From NCBI GenBank assembly GCA_016748015.1, contig JAAOMT010000710.1, positions 62,001-126,000 on the forward strand: a stretch of 64,000 nucleotides of DNA. Direction: 5' to 3'. Source of the stretch: Geosiphon pyriformis uo1. Its lineage: Eukaryota; Fungi; Glomeromycota. The notes below the pieces were generated by a model. That model saw nothing but the letters and a program-made list of their open reading frames with translations, searched no databases and was not told the DNA's origin. The translations under genes and the position numbers were made by a program. Shown here piece by piece: positions 50,165 to 62,932 of this stretch. How positions within the stretch are numbered: position 1 is the stretch's first letter; every line of letters starts with the position of its first letter.

Positions 50165-50923
50165 ATGAATATACAAAAATATTAACAACTTTAACATTAT
50201 ATAAATACCCAATTGTTCAAGAAGAAATTATCTCAAAAGGAACAAAACAACATAAAACAACAATATAAATATTTTATCAATTACCAAAATATACTTTACT
50301 GAAAAAACAGAAAGAATTCAGATCAACCAACCAGAGTAATCACAGAATCAGAGAAAGAAACAATATTGTTCAACATGTACTCAGATCCAACAGCAGGACA
50401 TTTCCATAAAGAAGCAATAATAAAAAGAACCAGAAAAAGATACTATTAGCCATCAATGTATTCGGACATAATCCAATATGTTCAAAATTGTAATGCTTGT
50501 TAAAGAAGAGGTAGAACAAAACACAGTGAACCATTAAGACCAATTAAAGTAGAACAACTATTTGACAGAATTGAAATTGACTTAATTGGACCATTAACAA
50601 TTACCAGCAGAGGCAACAGATATATCACAGTAGCCATGAATTATCTCACAAAATGGCTAGAAGCAAAAGCCATTCAAAGAGCAGATGCAGAATCTATTGA
50701 CGAATTTGTTCATCAAAATTTGATCTATTGACATAGATGTCCAAAAGAACTATTATCAGATCAAGGAACCCACTTTGTGAATAGAACATTGGCAGAATTA
50801 AGTCAAAGATTTGAAATAAAAAGACTATTATTATTACTATACCATCCACAAACAAATGGATTAGTTGAAAAGTTTAACAGAACATTGTGTGAAGCAATCA
50901 CCAAAATCAGTCAAGAAAGCCAG
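50165..50923 (+). pseudogene. Element D integrase, 5' part
   Basis: MNIQKY start, SDPTAGHF, YLTKWLEA, YHPQTNG; interrupted by E. Confidence 0.9.
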
Positions 50924-51619
50924 TATTACAGATGATTATTTGGGGTTTCAAAGCAAATAACAAACCCATAACTTGGTGCTCAATTAATATAAATGCTTGG
51001 GAATATCTAAAGATGTTGTTTTATCTGAAGATTTTGTTGTGAAGTCTTTTGTATAATGAACAGAGATTCAATAGTGATGTAGTTAGTTGTTGAGTTGTTT
51101 TTTCAATTTCTGTCTTTAGCTTGGTAACTGGTTTATTCTGGCAGTTGTGTCCTTCTAGTAAGCTATTTGTTAATATATATAATTCTACCCTTATTTCTGA
51201 GTCTTTTACCAGACTGTCTGTGATGTCAATTACTCAGTGCTTTAATTTTTAATTAATTAGTATACAACAATAAAATCAAAGAAAAAAAAAAAAAGAAAAA
51301 AAAAGAAAAATAAAGAAATGAGCCAAGGCAATGTGCAAGTTAGTATCTATCAATAGCTGTGATCAAGAACTATTGTTCCAGTGGAGTTAAGTAGCAATTA
51401 CTATCAACATGAAATGTTGATAGTAAAGAGTGGATTGAGATGACAAATAATTATTTATTGATATTGGTGATGTAAAAGGTTTCTAATTAATGGATCTTTT
51501 TCTACTTCTAACACTACTAGTATATATACATAATTTGGGTTCTATGAGATCACTCACATTCTCAAGCAATGTGCTATAATTTCTCAAGCAATGCTCACAT
51601 TGCTGAGCAATGTGTCATA
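50924..51619 (-). repeat. Element E 3' LTR (U3 end truncated)
   Basis: Matches 59901-60596; about 146 bp shorter than the 5' LTR. Confidence 0.9.
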
Positions 51620-51633
51620 TTATCTCCTTCTTT

Positions 51634-52255
51634 TTAATATTGAGCTCTATCGAAATCTTCATTTTAAATTAATTCTAATACTTCTTTTTCAAGTATTGTT
51701 TGTTCGACTCTGTTCTTCACGTCTTCTACTTATGTATTGTTCATTCTTTTTCATTGGTTAATGGTTATGATTTCCATGTCAGAATGTAACAGTATTTCTG
51801 GATAGTTCTGAAATATGCTGTATTTTAACATGTAGTGTTGAATTCATTTTCTTTCTGATGAATTCTTTAATTTGTTGTATTATGTCTTGGTTAAATATTC
51901 TCTTGAATTTTTCGATATACAACTCTTAAATATTCAACTTTTGATCTAACTAGTAGTAGCAATATGATATTGAAAGTTGTTTTGTCCATTGCTTCTAATT
52001 CTTCTTTGTAAATTCTTCTGTTGGTGCCATAATAAGTATTTTCCCAAAAGTGTTTTTCACTTTTTCTATTAAGTTATCTGTTCAGTTTTTTTCATTCTTT
52101 GATAACCGCTAATATGGTGTGTTCTTTGTCTTTTTTTTGATGTTTTAATAGCAAATTGTTTGGTTGTTAACAATAATTTCTATGTTTAACAATTGTTGAC
52201 TTAAGGCTTGGAACAGTTGTTAAGCTATAGTGTAAATATGATCTGGTATTTCCAT
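51634..52255 (-). pseudogene. Element E ORF3
   Basis: MEIPDHIYTIA*QLFQAL...IEIIVNNQTI to DFDRAQY*. Confidence 0.75.
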
Positions 52256-52310
52256 TTTTCTTGGTTGCTTTTGTTGCATGTACTGTGTCTTTATATACTC
52301 TTTTGTTTGT

Positions 52311-53676
52311 TCAATTTGATGTGTTTGATTCAATAACTATGATTGGTTCCAGATCTTGTAGAATCTCATCTGGTTGGACTAGTATTTTTTGTACTCCCAG
52401 TTGTGGAATGTTATTGGTAGATGATGATACTGTCTGGTAATATTGTTTTAGTTAATCATTATGTGCTGTTTTGACTAAGATTTTGTTGTCCCATCTTAAT
52501 TTATAAGCTTCATTTCTAAGAATTTCTTCTATGTGAAATGGTCCGTTCCATTTGGGGTCAAATTTTTTATTCCATTGTTTTTCTGCTTTGGTACAATGTA
52601 AAAGTACTTTGTCTCCAATCTTGAATTCAACTGGTTTATCTGGTAGTTGGCTATTGTGTCTTTCTTTTTGTTTCTCTTGTAACTTTTGAATGTTATTAGC
52701 TGCTTTCCATTGTCTGTTTTCTAGTGTTTCTATTAAGTCATATGTTCTTCTCAACAATGTTTCTTGGAAATTGGCTTCTGTTATTGGTTTAGTTGGATAT
52801 GTATTGACTTCTATCTCAACTGGTAATGTTGCTGTTCTACCATATACTAATTCAAATAGTATTGCTTATGTAGTGTCTTGCTTCATTGTCCAATAAGCAA
52901 ATAGTACTGATAGTATAACCAAATCCCATTTATCCTGGTTTTCCTGACTGATCTTAGCAATTGCTTCACACAGTGTTCTATTAAATCTTTCTACTAATCC
53001 ATTGGTTTATGGATGATATGGTAATAATAATGGTCTTTTTATTTCAAATCTTTGACTTAATTCTGTCAATGTTCTGTTTATAAAATGAGTTTCTTGATCT
53101 GATAGTAGTTCTTTTGGACATCCATATTGACAAATCAAATCTTGATAAACAAATTCAGCAACTGATTTTGCATCTGCTCTTTGAATGGCTTTTGCTTCTG
53201 GCCATTTAGTGAGATAGTCCATGACTACTGCAATATATCTGTTGCCTCTGCTAGTAATTTTTAATGGCTCTACTAAGTTAATTCCAATGCAATCAAATGG
53301 TTGTCTCACTTTGATTGGCCTTAATGGTTCCCTGGGTCTTGTTCCTTCTCTCCTCTGGCAAGCATCACAATTTTGGACATATTGAATGATGTCTGGATAC
53401 ATTGATGGCCAATAGTATCTTTTTCTAGTTCTTTCCATGGTTGCTTCTTTATAAAAATGTCCTGCTGTTAAATCTGAATGCATGTTGAATAATATTGTCT
53501 CTTTCTCTGGTTGGTTAATCTGAATTTCTTCTGTTCTTTTGATAAAGTATGTTTTGATGGTTGATAAAATATTTTGATTGTTGTTTTATGTTCTTTTGTT
53601 CTTTTTGAGATAATTTCTCATTAAACAGTTGGGTATTTAAATAATGTTGGAGTTGTTAGTATTTTTGTATATTCAT
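52311..53676 (-). pseudogene. Element E integrase (separate ORF)
   Basis: MNIQKY start; ORFs 53007-53483 and 52452-52757 with HHCC, DYLTKWPEA, KWNGPF. Confidence 0.9.
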
Positions 53677-53706
53677 CTTTTACTATATTTTTGGGTTGAA
53701 ATGGTT

Positions 53707-56700
53707 TTAAATTTGTCTTATTTGTGACAAACTGTTGGCATTTCCATTGTCTTTTCCCTTTTTATAATGTACTGTATAATTGAATAGTGAGAGTTCTATT
53801 TTCTATCTGGCATGGTAATCATCTTCAAATTCTTGCTTCTGAATTGAAGTCAATCCTTTGTAATCAGTATATATATCAAACTTTTGGCTTAAGTATTCTC
53901 TCCACTTAATGACAGCCCAATAGATTGCTAAATATTCCAGTGCTGGTGTTCCATAGTTTTTTTTGGCTGGACTTAAGCTTCTACTGGCATAAGCTACTGA
54001 ATGTTCTCTTCCATCTGGTCTTTTCTGTGATAGTACTGCTTCCAATGCTTCACCTGATGCATTAGTAGTGATAATGAATGGCTTGCTATAATTCAGATAG
54101 ATCAGTATTGAAGCCTGAATAAGCTTTCTTCTTAGTGTATTAAAAGCTTTTTGCTGTGTTTCTGTCTATTTATATTTGGTGTTCTTTGCTTGGAGCTGAT
54201 GTAGTGGTTGAGCTATTTTAGAAAAGTCTTTGATAAAATGGTGGTAGTATCCAGCAAATCCCAAGAATGCTCTCAATTTTGTAATATTATTTGGTACTAA
54301 AAAGTTTTTTACAATCGCAATTTTGTCTGGATCTGTTTTGATTCCATTTTTGTTCACCACATGTCCCAAAAACTTGAGCTCAGTTTTTCCAAAGAAACAT
54401 TTGGTTGTGTTTAGTTTCAATCCAGCTCTTCTTAATCTTTCGAACACTTGTTGGAGATGATGTAAATGATCATTAAATGTTTTTGAGAACACATTGGTGT
54501 CATCTAAGTATATGACTACTGATTTCTATAGTAATACAGTATAGACAATTTCCATGAGTCATTGGAATGTTGCTGGAGCATTTATTAAGCCAAATGGCAT
54601 AACTTCAAATTCAAAGTTCCCTTCTTTTGTTGTGAATGCTGTCTTTTCTTTGTCAGCTAAATCCATAGTTACTTGCCAGTAACTACTGTTTAGATCTAAT
54701 GTTGAGAACCATTTATTTCCTCCAAAGGCTTCAAATAGTTCTTGAATTTTTGGAGTTGGATAGCTATCACCTTTGGTTACTCTATTTAGTTTTCAATAAT
54801 CCACACAGAACTGGATCTTTCTATTCTTCTTCTGAACTAGTACTACTGGTGACGATTATAGACTTATTGATGGTTGAATTAGCTTATTGTCAAGCATTTA
54901 ATTGATTTCCTAATGAATAATCTCATGGCTGGCTGGTGGTACTCTGTACACTCTTTGTTTAATTGACATTGCATCTTCAGTTTTGATCTAATGCTAGATG
55001 ATGTTGGTGCGGCCAAATTTATTTTTGCTTGCAAAGATGTCATTAAAATTGCTGAGTAACATCTTTAGTTACATTTGTTGAAGTGGGTCTAGATTCCCCA
55101 TATTTATCTGTTTCAATTGTTCTGGTTGGAGCAGATAACATTCACTTTGTCTATATATAGTCTGTGATATAATATTCACAAAGCTGTGAAAAGTCTGAAA
55201 TGTGGTTCAGTAATTGCTCCTCAACTTTAGTGGTTAAATATCCAATGATGGTTCTCTTTGGTATTTCGATGACATTTTTCATTGTGTTGTAGATGGGAAT
55301 TTTTATATTTTTGGGGTTCTTGGCTGATATGTAGAGATTAGTAAGTCCAATCTCTCCTGATTCACAAATAGTAGCTTCTGCTTCAAACAACTGAGCTTAA
55401 TTCTTTACTTCTCTTTTTATGGCTAACATATATTGATTATATGGTAAAATAGAAATTGTTTAACAGTTTGAGATAATTTCTCCTTTGTCAATAACCTCTT
55501 TTTCCACCATATTAACTAGTATATCTATTCTATTTATTGATCCGAATCTCTGTATCTTTCTAGCTGTGATCCCTAATTCTTTTCTGTTTCCCACTGACAC
55601 TAACTGAGCTACTTTCACCAGAGGTAGGAATATTGTCTGTGCTATCTTTTTGTTTGGATCTATGGTATATGTTTTTTCTGAGTCATTTTGTAGCATAGTA
55701 ATGATATTTTCTATGTATTTTGTGTCAATTATTCCTCCTCTGATGTTGATTCCTCTTTTTGCTAAACTACTCCTGGATGCTAATTGAACCATAGTTGTTG
55801 CTGGAATTTCCAGTGCTATTTTCAAATCAATGCAAGTGCATAAATGTGGTTCTAATTTGATGGAATCTTTCTCCAAATATCTCAGATCAAATCCTGCATC
55901 AGTATCATGCATGCATTTAGACATGATATCTTCATTATTATCACTGAACCATTTTAGTTCTTGTTCCTTGGTGAAGTTGGGCAGTGCAATATATTGTTCA
56001 GAGTTTGAATTGAAGTTTGAATCTGGGTTAAAATCATTGTTGTTCTGAATGAAGCTAGAACCATTATTTTTATCATTATTGTCAGAGTTTGAATTGGGAT
56101 TGAAAATCAATTCCAATTCTGACGCACAGCTGCTCATTGGTTCGTCTTCCTCTGGAATTGTGTAGATTATGCATAGTAGTGGATTGTAAATGAGGTCATA
56201 CTCATTACAATATTGAAAGTCACAGGAAATTAAACAATAGTCACATAGTCAAGTGTTGATTTCTTCCAACCATTGCTCTTATTTCTCTTTAGTGGATGCT
56301 AATTCCTGATAATGTTTGTGGAATTCTTCTGGATTTAGAAGATATATAACTGGTTTTGGGTCCCAGTCTAATTCTATGGGTTCAGGTGGATTATCTTTAA
56401 TTGTTTTTATTTCTTCTGGTGATGCTCCTTTAATTTTGGCGAGTGCCATTCACCAGATTTTGTTATCATTATGTAGACATCTATCTAAACGTTTGATGGC
56501 TTATCTCTAGGCAGCATCTATGGGCATTCTTTTTCTCACCCAGTCACTTATGAGAATCATGTATTGACACAATTTGTTGTACGTTCCTTCTTACCCAAAA
56601 ATGTTATTCCACATTCTTTTGTCCAGAAGAGTTTTTCTACAAGCTAAGCATGGTTTATTGTCCCATTTTTCAACCCATTTTGGTCTTCCAAAGTGTTCAA

Positions 56701-59700
56701 TGATGCATAGACGGCAGTAGAATTTTGTTGCCGAAGTGTATTCCTCATCATTACTACAACAAGCATCTATTGATGACAATTTCTTGCCACAATCAACACA
56801 TACCAGTTTTGGGTGGCAATAAGCAGATCGTTGGGGTGTAAGATAGGAATTATAAGTGGGGTTGCTGTTAGGTGTTGGTTCTTCTTCCTTTTTTTTTCCT
56901 TTTTCCTTTTTGTTTTCCTTCCATTCCCAGTTTATTAATTCTTCCTGGTCATTGTCAATTTCCCAGACTTGGTTGGCTTTCCAGATAAGTTCTTCTTTCT
57001 GTTTTCCTTTGCTGTTGTCATTCCATGAAAGTACTGGCAGCAGCTTGTTGTGTTTGGAATTGGCCCAGGAAACTTGGTAGGCTTCCCAAATAGGTTTCAT
57101 CTCTTCTTCCTTGAATTCGATAAGTGGGGTTGTCAAGTTGGTGGTCTTGAAATGGCCACACATGACTGGTACACGTGTGTATTGACCATTCTGGCTGAGC
57201 TGTAATTCTTGCATATTCCAGTTGAGCACAGCATTTGTCTTGACTAACCAGTCATTACCAACTAATGCTTAGTATTGAGTTGCTTTTATCACTAGGACTT
57301 TGATGGGAATGATGATACTATTGTTAAAAGGGAAGTCATTAATCTTACCAATGGGAGTCTTGGTTACTCCATTGGTGGTTATAATTCTGGCATTGGCAGT
57401 GCAATCAACTCAGTAACTTAATTGGTCCATGAGTTGTCTTGTAATAATGCTGCCAGTTGATTCACTATCTAGAATCAGTTTGATAGCATGGCCATCAACT
57501 TTTGTGTCAGTATACATGGCGGTGATCAGTTTGGTGTCAAGAACAGCTCCACTAAATAATGGTGTGGTTGATGGTTCTTTAAGTTGAAATAGAAAGATGA
57601 CATCTAAGGATTTGTTTTCGGTGATAGTAGCTAGTGGAATGTTACTGGTGAGTAATTGTTTTTGGTTGGTTTCTGGATTATTGGATGGCACGTCTTTTGG
57701 AATAACCAGAAAACTTAAATAGTTCTGGAAATTCGGGTTTTGGGTGTACCCGGTGCCTGAATTTTGTTGTCAAAATCCTGCTGGTTGTGTGGAAAAACTG
57801 AGGATCAGTTGGTGGACTACTATTGACAATTTCCAGCTTTGTTGGGTTAATCTTGGCCTTTGGGTTCTGTTTTGAGGTAAGTTCTGTGGCAGTATTTGAA
57901 TTTGTTGGGGCTGATAGATTATCTGAGGCTGCAGTTGATAAATGGATTGTGATTATGGCTGATAAATTGCTGGTATTGTTGGCTGATAAATTGGCATTTG
58001 ATATATCAGTAGTTAATAAAGTGGCTGCTATGTCATAGATAAGTAATTCTGATAATATGGCTCTGAGTTTGGAGGATTATTCAGAATTTGAAACTGGTGA
58101 TTGGGGTTTTGATATTGATTTTCCAATCATTGGTTATTTAAGCAATAACAGCAATCGATTTGTAGGTGTCCTTGTTTACCACAATAATGGCAAACACGCA
58201 TTTCCTGTTGCCACTGTTGATTGGTCAACAATGATGAACATAACTGATTCTAAAAATGATTTGTGTTTCCAGAATTATTGCATCATTGTGGTGGTTAATA
58301 AATTGCACAATTGTCAGCTAAGTACCTTTCAAGCTTCTGATTAATTGAATCACTGAATTGTTTCAATTTGGAATCCAATTCAAATGATCCATTCATTACT
58401 AAATTAACAGCTTAGGCATAATTAGCTTCAAGTTCAGCAGCTTCAAAATCTCTGGCATTGGTGACAGCTGCTTGTAGATTAACAGGATGTATTGGATGTA
58501 TGTGTTGCAAAATGCTACTATATAATTTGCGAATAAATTAATTTAGGATCTGGGCCACTGTGAAATAATTGGCGTTGATGGCTTAAATCTGGTGCAGATT
58601 CCTGTGGAAGCATCTTAAGTAAGTGGTAACTGCTTCTGTTTCTCCTTGTTTAATGGTGGTGAAGATATTTGCCAGCCTGTTAATGCTGTTATTATTACTG
58701 AAGTATCTCAAGAACTCAGTTTTGAATGTATTGAAATCTTGAGGTTTGTTGACCAAGCTTTAGTACTATGAGTTGGCCATGTTCTAAAGAAAATATGGAA
58801 TGGCTTGCATGGCTCTGGTGTCATTCCATCTATTAGCCACGATGACTTTTTCTATGTCATTCAGCCATACTTAGGTGTCATCTTCTTTGCTGGTGAATTT
58901 TTTGATTTTGGCAATTGGTGCATATGTCATTTGTTGTGGCTGTTAAAACAGCTGCTGTGGTTGTTAAGATGGTTGATGTAGTTGTTGGAAGGGTTGTTGA
59001 AGTGGCTGATCGATGATAATTATTGGAGGTAAGTTTTGCTGCTTAATTGTTTCGGAGTTTGTATTGTTCGGATTTGGCAGATTTTAAAAATTCGGAGTTT
59101 CAATTTCTGAGTTTTCAGTGATTGAGTTCTAGTAAATAAATTCTTGATCTTCAGATTTTTTTTCCTCTTCTTTTTGTTCTCCTTCTGATTCCATTACTTC
59201 TCAGGAACTCGTGGTTCCAAAATCTGGTTAAGGTAGCAGAGATCAAAATCCTGATGGCATTGGCAATCATGACTTAAATCCTTCGAAATACGTGCTGTAT
59301 GGTCCTAGGAGATCTTCTTTCCTTTGTTTACTGTGAAATATGAATTGTCCAAAGGTTGACATCACATTTGATGTGGCTGCGCCTGCTGATGTAATATTGA
59401 TGACACTTTCGGGTGTATAATGGTATGAGATTAGTTGGTAATTCAACTTTTGTTTTCTTCCAAGTGGATGGTTGTATTCTTTGAGATATTACTGCTGGCA
59501 TTTGTAGTTTTCCTTTGCCTTTGTTTGCATAGGTAATTGGATATCTTTGTTGAGTGTGAATTTCAATTTCTTTATTGATTTCAGTGAGGATTGCTGTAAA
59601 ATTATAGTTTGCTGGTAGACTAGTATTCTGGATTAATTTATTGTAGAAGTTTCCTCTGACCAAGTCAGTTTCTATGGGTACTCTTAGCAAATATGAGATT

Positions 59701-59837
59701 CTCTCATTGACGTAGAAATTGAAAGCTGATTCTGCTGATAAGTGATTGTTGGTTAATCCTAAATGCTGACAGTAGTGTTGGAATAAGAATTTTGCAAATC
59801 CTAAATAGTTTGTTCTTGTTTCTTCAGATTCTGCCAC
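53707..59837 (-). pseudogene. Element E gag-pol with Cys-rich domain and dUTPase
   Basis: LILDSES protease; DAGFDL, ASRSSLA, GGIIDTKY, KIAQ (about 55535-55930); RT YLDD; RNase H. Confidence 0.92.
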
Positions 59838-59900
59838 TGTTTGAATGGGTATTGTTGATGCTAGTTCTCTGTAGAATTATACTTCACAGAAAACACCAAA

Positions 59901-60742
59901 TGTTATAGGTGATTATTTGGGGTCTCAAAGCAAATAACAAATTCATAACTTGGTGCTTAATTGATATAAATGCTTGGGGATATCTGAAGGTGTTGTTTTA
60001 TTTGAAGGTTTTGTTGTGGAGTTTTTTGTATAATGAACAGAGATTCAACAGTAATGTAGTTGGTTGTTGAGTTGTTTTCTCAATTTTTGTCTTCAGCTTG
60101 GTGGCTGGTTTATTCTGACAGTTATGCTCTTTTGGTAAGCTATCTGTTAATATATATAATTCTACTCTTATTTCTGGGTCTTTTACCAGGTTGTCTATGA
60201 TGTCAATTACTTAGTGCTTTAATCCTTAATCAATTAGTATACAACAATAAAATCAAAGAAAAGAAAAAAAAGAAAATAAAAGAAAAATAAAGAAATGAGC
60301 CAAGGCAATGTACAAATTAATATTCGTCAATAGCCATAATCAAGAGCTATTGTTCCAGTGGAGTTAAGTAGCAATTACTATCAACATAAAATATTGATAG
60401 TGGAGAGTGGATTGAAATAACAAATAATTATTTATTGATATTAGTGATGTGAAAGATTTCTAACTAATGGATCTCTTTCTACTTCTAGCACTACTACTAT
60501 ATATACATAATTTGGGTTCTATGAAATTGCTCACATTCTCAAGTGATGTGCTATAATTTCTCAAGCAATGCTCACATTGCTGAGCAATGTGTCATATCTT
60601 CTAAACATTGCTCCACATTGCTGAGCAATGTGCCATGATTTCTAACATTGCTCCACATTGTTGAACAATGTGCTCATGTGCTAACTACTATTTGCTTATT
60701 GGTCTACTATTTTTTATATTTGTTTTCTTTTTATGAGTAACA
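59901..60742 (-). repeat. Element E 5' LTR (842 bp)
   Basis: TGTTACTCAT...TAACA on the minus strand; palindromic U3 repeats. Confidence 0.93.
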
Positions 60743-60746
60743 ACAG

Positions 60747-61364
60747 GATGAATAGGATTTGTTTATACCATCAGTATTATTTGCTTATCAGACAATAAAG
60801 CAAGACATTACACAAGCAACACCATTTGAATTAGTATATGGTAGAACAGCAACATTACCAGTTGAGATAGAAGTCAAAACATATCCAACAGAACTAATAA
60901 CAAAGGAGAATTTCCAAAAAACATTATTAAGAAGAACATATAACTTAATGGAGACATTAGAAAACACATGATGAAAAGCAGCTAATAACATACAAAAGTT
61001 ACAAAAAAAACAAAAAAAAAAACATGATAACCAATTATTAGAGAAACCAGTTGAATTCAAGATTGAAGACAAAGTATTTTTATATTATATCAAAGTAAAA
61101 AAACAATGGAGTGGAAAATTTGACCCCAAATGGGACAAACTATTTCATATAGAAGAAATTCTTAGAAATAGAGTTTATAAATTAAGGTTAAACAACAAAA
61201 GCTTAACCAAAGCAACACATGGTAATCGACTGAAACAATATTACCATATAGCATCATCATTCACCAGTAATATTCCACAATTAGGAGTACAAAGAATACT
61301 AGTCAAACCAAATGAGATTCTATAAGATCTAAAACCAATTATAATTATTGAACCAAACACATAA
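60747..61364 (+). pseudogene. Element D integrase, 3' part
   Basis: FIPSVLFAY, TPFELVYG, KFDPKWD, ends PIIIIEPNT*. Confidence 0.9.
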
Positions 61365-61422
61365 AATTGAACAACCAAAGAGTATATAAAGACATGGTAT
61401 ATGCGACAAAAAACAGCAAAAA

Positions 61423-62052
61423 AAGGAGATTACTGACAACATTCACTCACTAACACAACAACTCTTTTAACTAATCCAACAACAGAAAATAGAAATTACA
61501 ATCAACCAATAAACTATCAAATACACAAACACCATGAAAGAAATACAAGATAAAATATGGAGAAAAACAGGAAACACTGTTAACAAAATAATTGAAAAAG
61601 TAAAATTGGCAATAGAAACACAACCAAAAGTAACTCAATATCAAGAACTAACTATAGAAACTTGAAATTGGTAGAGACAACAATTTCCAAAAAACTTTTG
61701 TTACTTTTATTTGGAACAACACTTGAACATTCAAAACTTGTATATAGATAAAACAAAACAATTATTTAACACTACAATACTGCAACAATTGGAACAATTT
61801 GTGAGAGAGAACAATTTGATTACACAAGCAAAAGCCATTTATTGGCTATATACTGGATTTCAAGATTGACCAGAAATCTTACTCAATCCAAAAATAGACT
61901 CCATTACCATTAACCAAATAGAAAAAATATTCAATGCTTAATTCGAAGACTTACAAAACAAGATAACATAAGTAATTCTTAAAAAAAAAGTTCAAGAAAT
62001 TCTCAAAGATGAAGAATTAGAATTAAAAGATTTCAATGGAACTCAATATTAA
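61423..62052 (+). pseudogene. Element D ORF3
   Basis: Homologous to A and E ORF3; ends DFNGTQY* at the PPT; start codon eroded. Confidence 0.7.
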
Positions 62053-62066
62053 AAAAGAAGAAATAA

Positions 62067-62932
62067 TATTACTCATAGAATATAGGAAGTATATATTAAC
62101 ATAAATTAGCCAATCAGAAGTAACTGTAGTAAATGTAGAATTCTAGGATTCCTCTTAGAAAAATTGCAGAATTCCAAAAATTTCAGGATTCTCATACAAA
62201 GAATTGCAGAATTCCAGAATTCCAGAATTCCTCTCAAAGAAATTACAGGATTCCAGGAATTGCAGGATTCCAAAAATTCCAGGATTCCTGGTATAAAAAA
62301 TTGAGGAATTGAGGAATCTTGATTATGTATATATAGCAGTAGAGTTAAAAGTAGAAAAGACAGAATTGCTTAATTTAGATTTAATTTAAACAACCTTCCA
62401 AAATTCACAAATATTAATAAATAATTATCTAATATCTCAATCCACTCTTTACTATCAACACTTCATGTTGATAGTCTCAAATACTTAACCATGCTGGAAC
62501 AATAGCTCTTGATCACAGCTATTGATGGGATACTATCTAGTATTGCCTTAGCTTATTTTTATTTGTTTTATTTTATTTTCTTTTGTTATTTCTTTTGTTT
62601 TATTAACTTGATTATAAAGATTTACATGCAGAAGTACTAATGTCAGGATATAGCATTGGTAAAAGACTCAGAAATAAGGATAGACACTCAAGATTGAGAA
62701 TATCTTATCAGGAGGATTACTGGCCATTATGCTGAAAAAAAAATTGATAAAACTGTGGTTTTGGAAAGCTATGGATAAAACTATTAGTTAAATCTCTGTT
62801 CATTATACAAAGAACTCTACAACAACACCTTCAGATCAACCAAACCTTCAGATATTAACACCAGAATATTAATTAAGCACCAAGTTATGAGTTTGTTATT
62901 TGATTTGAGACTCCAAGTAAACACCTGTAACA
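62067..62932 (+). repeat. Element D 3' LTR (866 bp)
   Basis: Repeat of the split 5' LTR; ends CCTGTAACA. Confidence 0.93.

Larger units (their letters stand above)
50924..60742 (-). mobile_element. Ty3/gypsy LTR retrotransposon E, inserted in reverse orientation in D's integrase
   Basis: LTRs 59901-60742 (5') and 50924-51619 (3'); TSD CCAG / ACAG; PBS 59881-59900; PPT 51620-51635. Confidence 0.94.
35344..62932 (+). mobile_element. Ty3/gypsy LTR retrotransposon D, containing nested C and E
   Basis: 5' LTR 35344-35885 + 43614-43858; 3' LTR 62067-62932; TSD GCAG (35340-43) / GTAG (62933-36); PBS 43859-43877. Confidence 0.93.
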
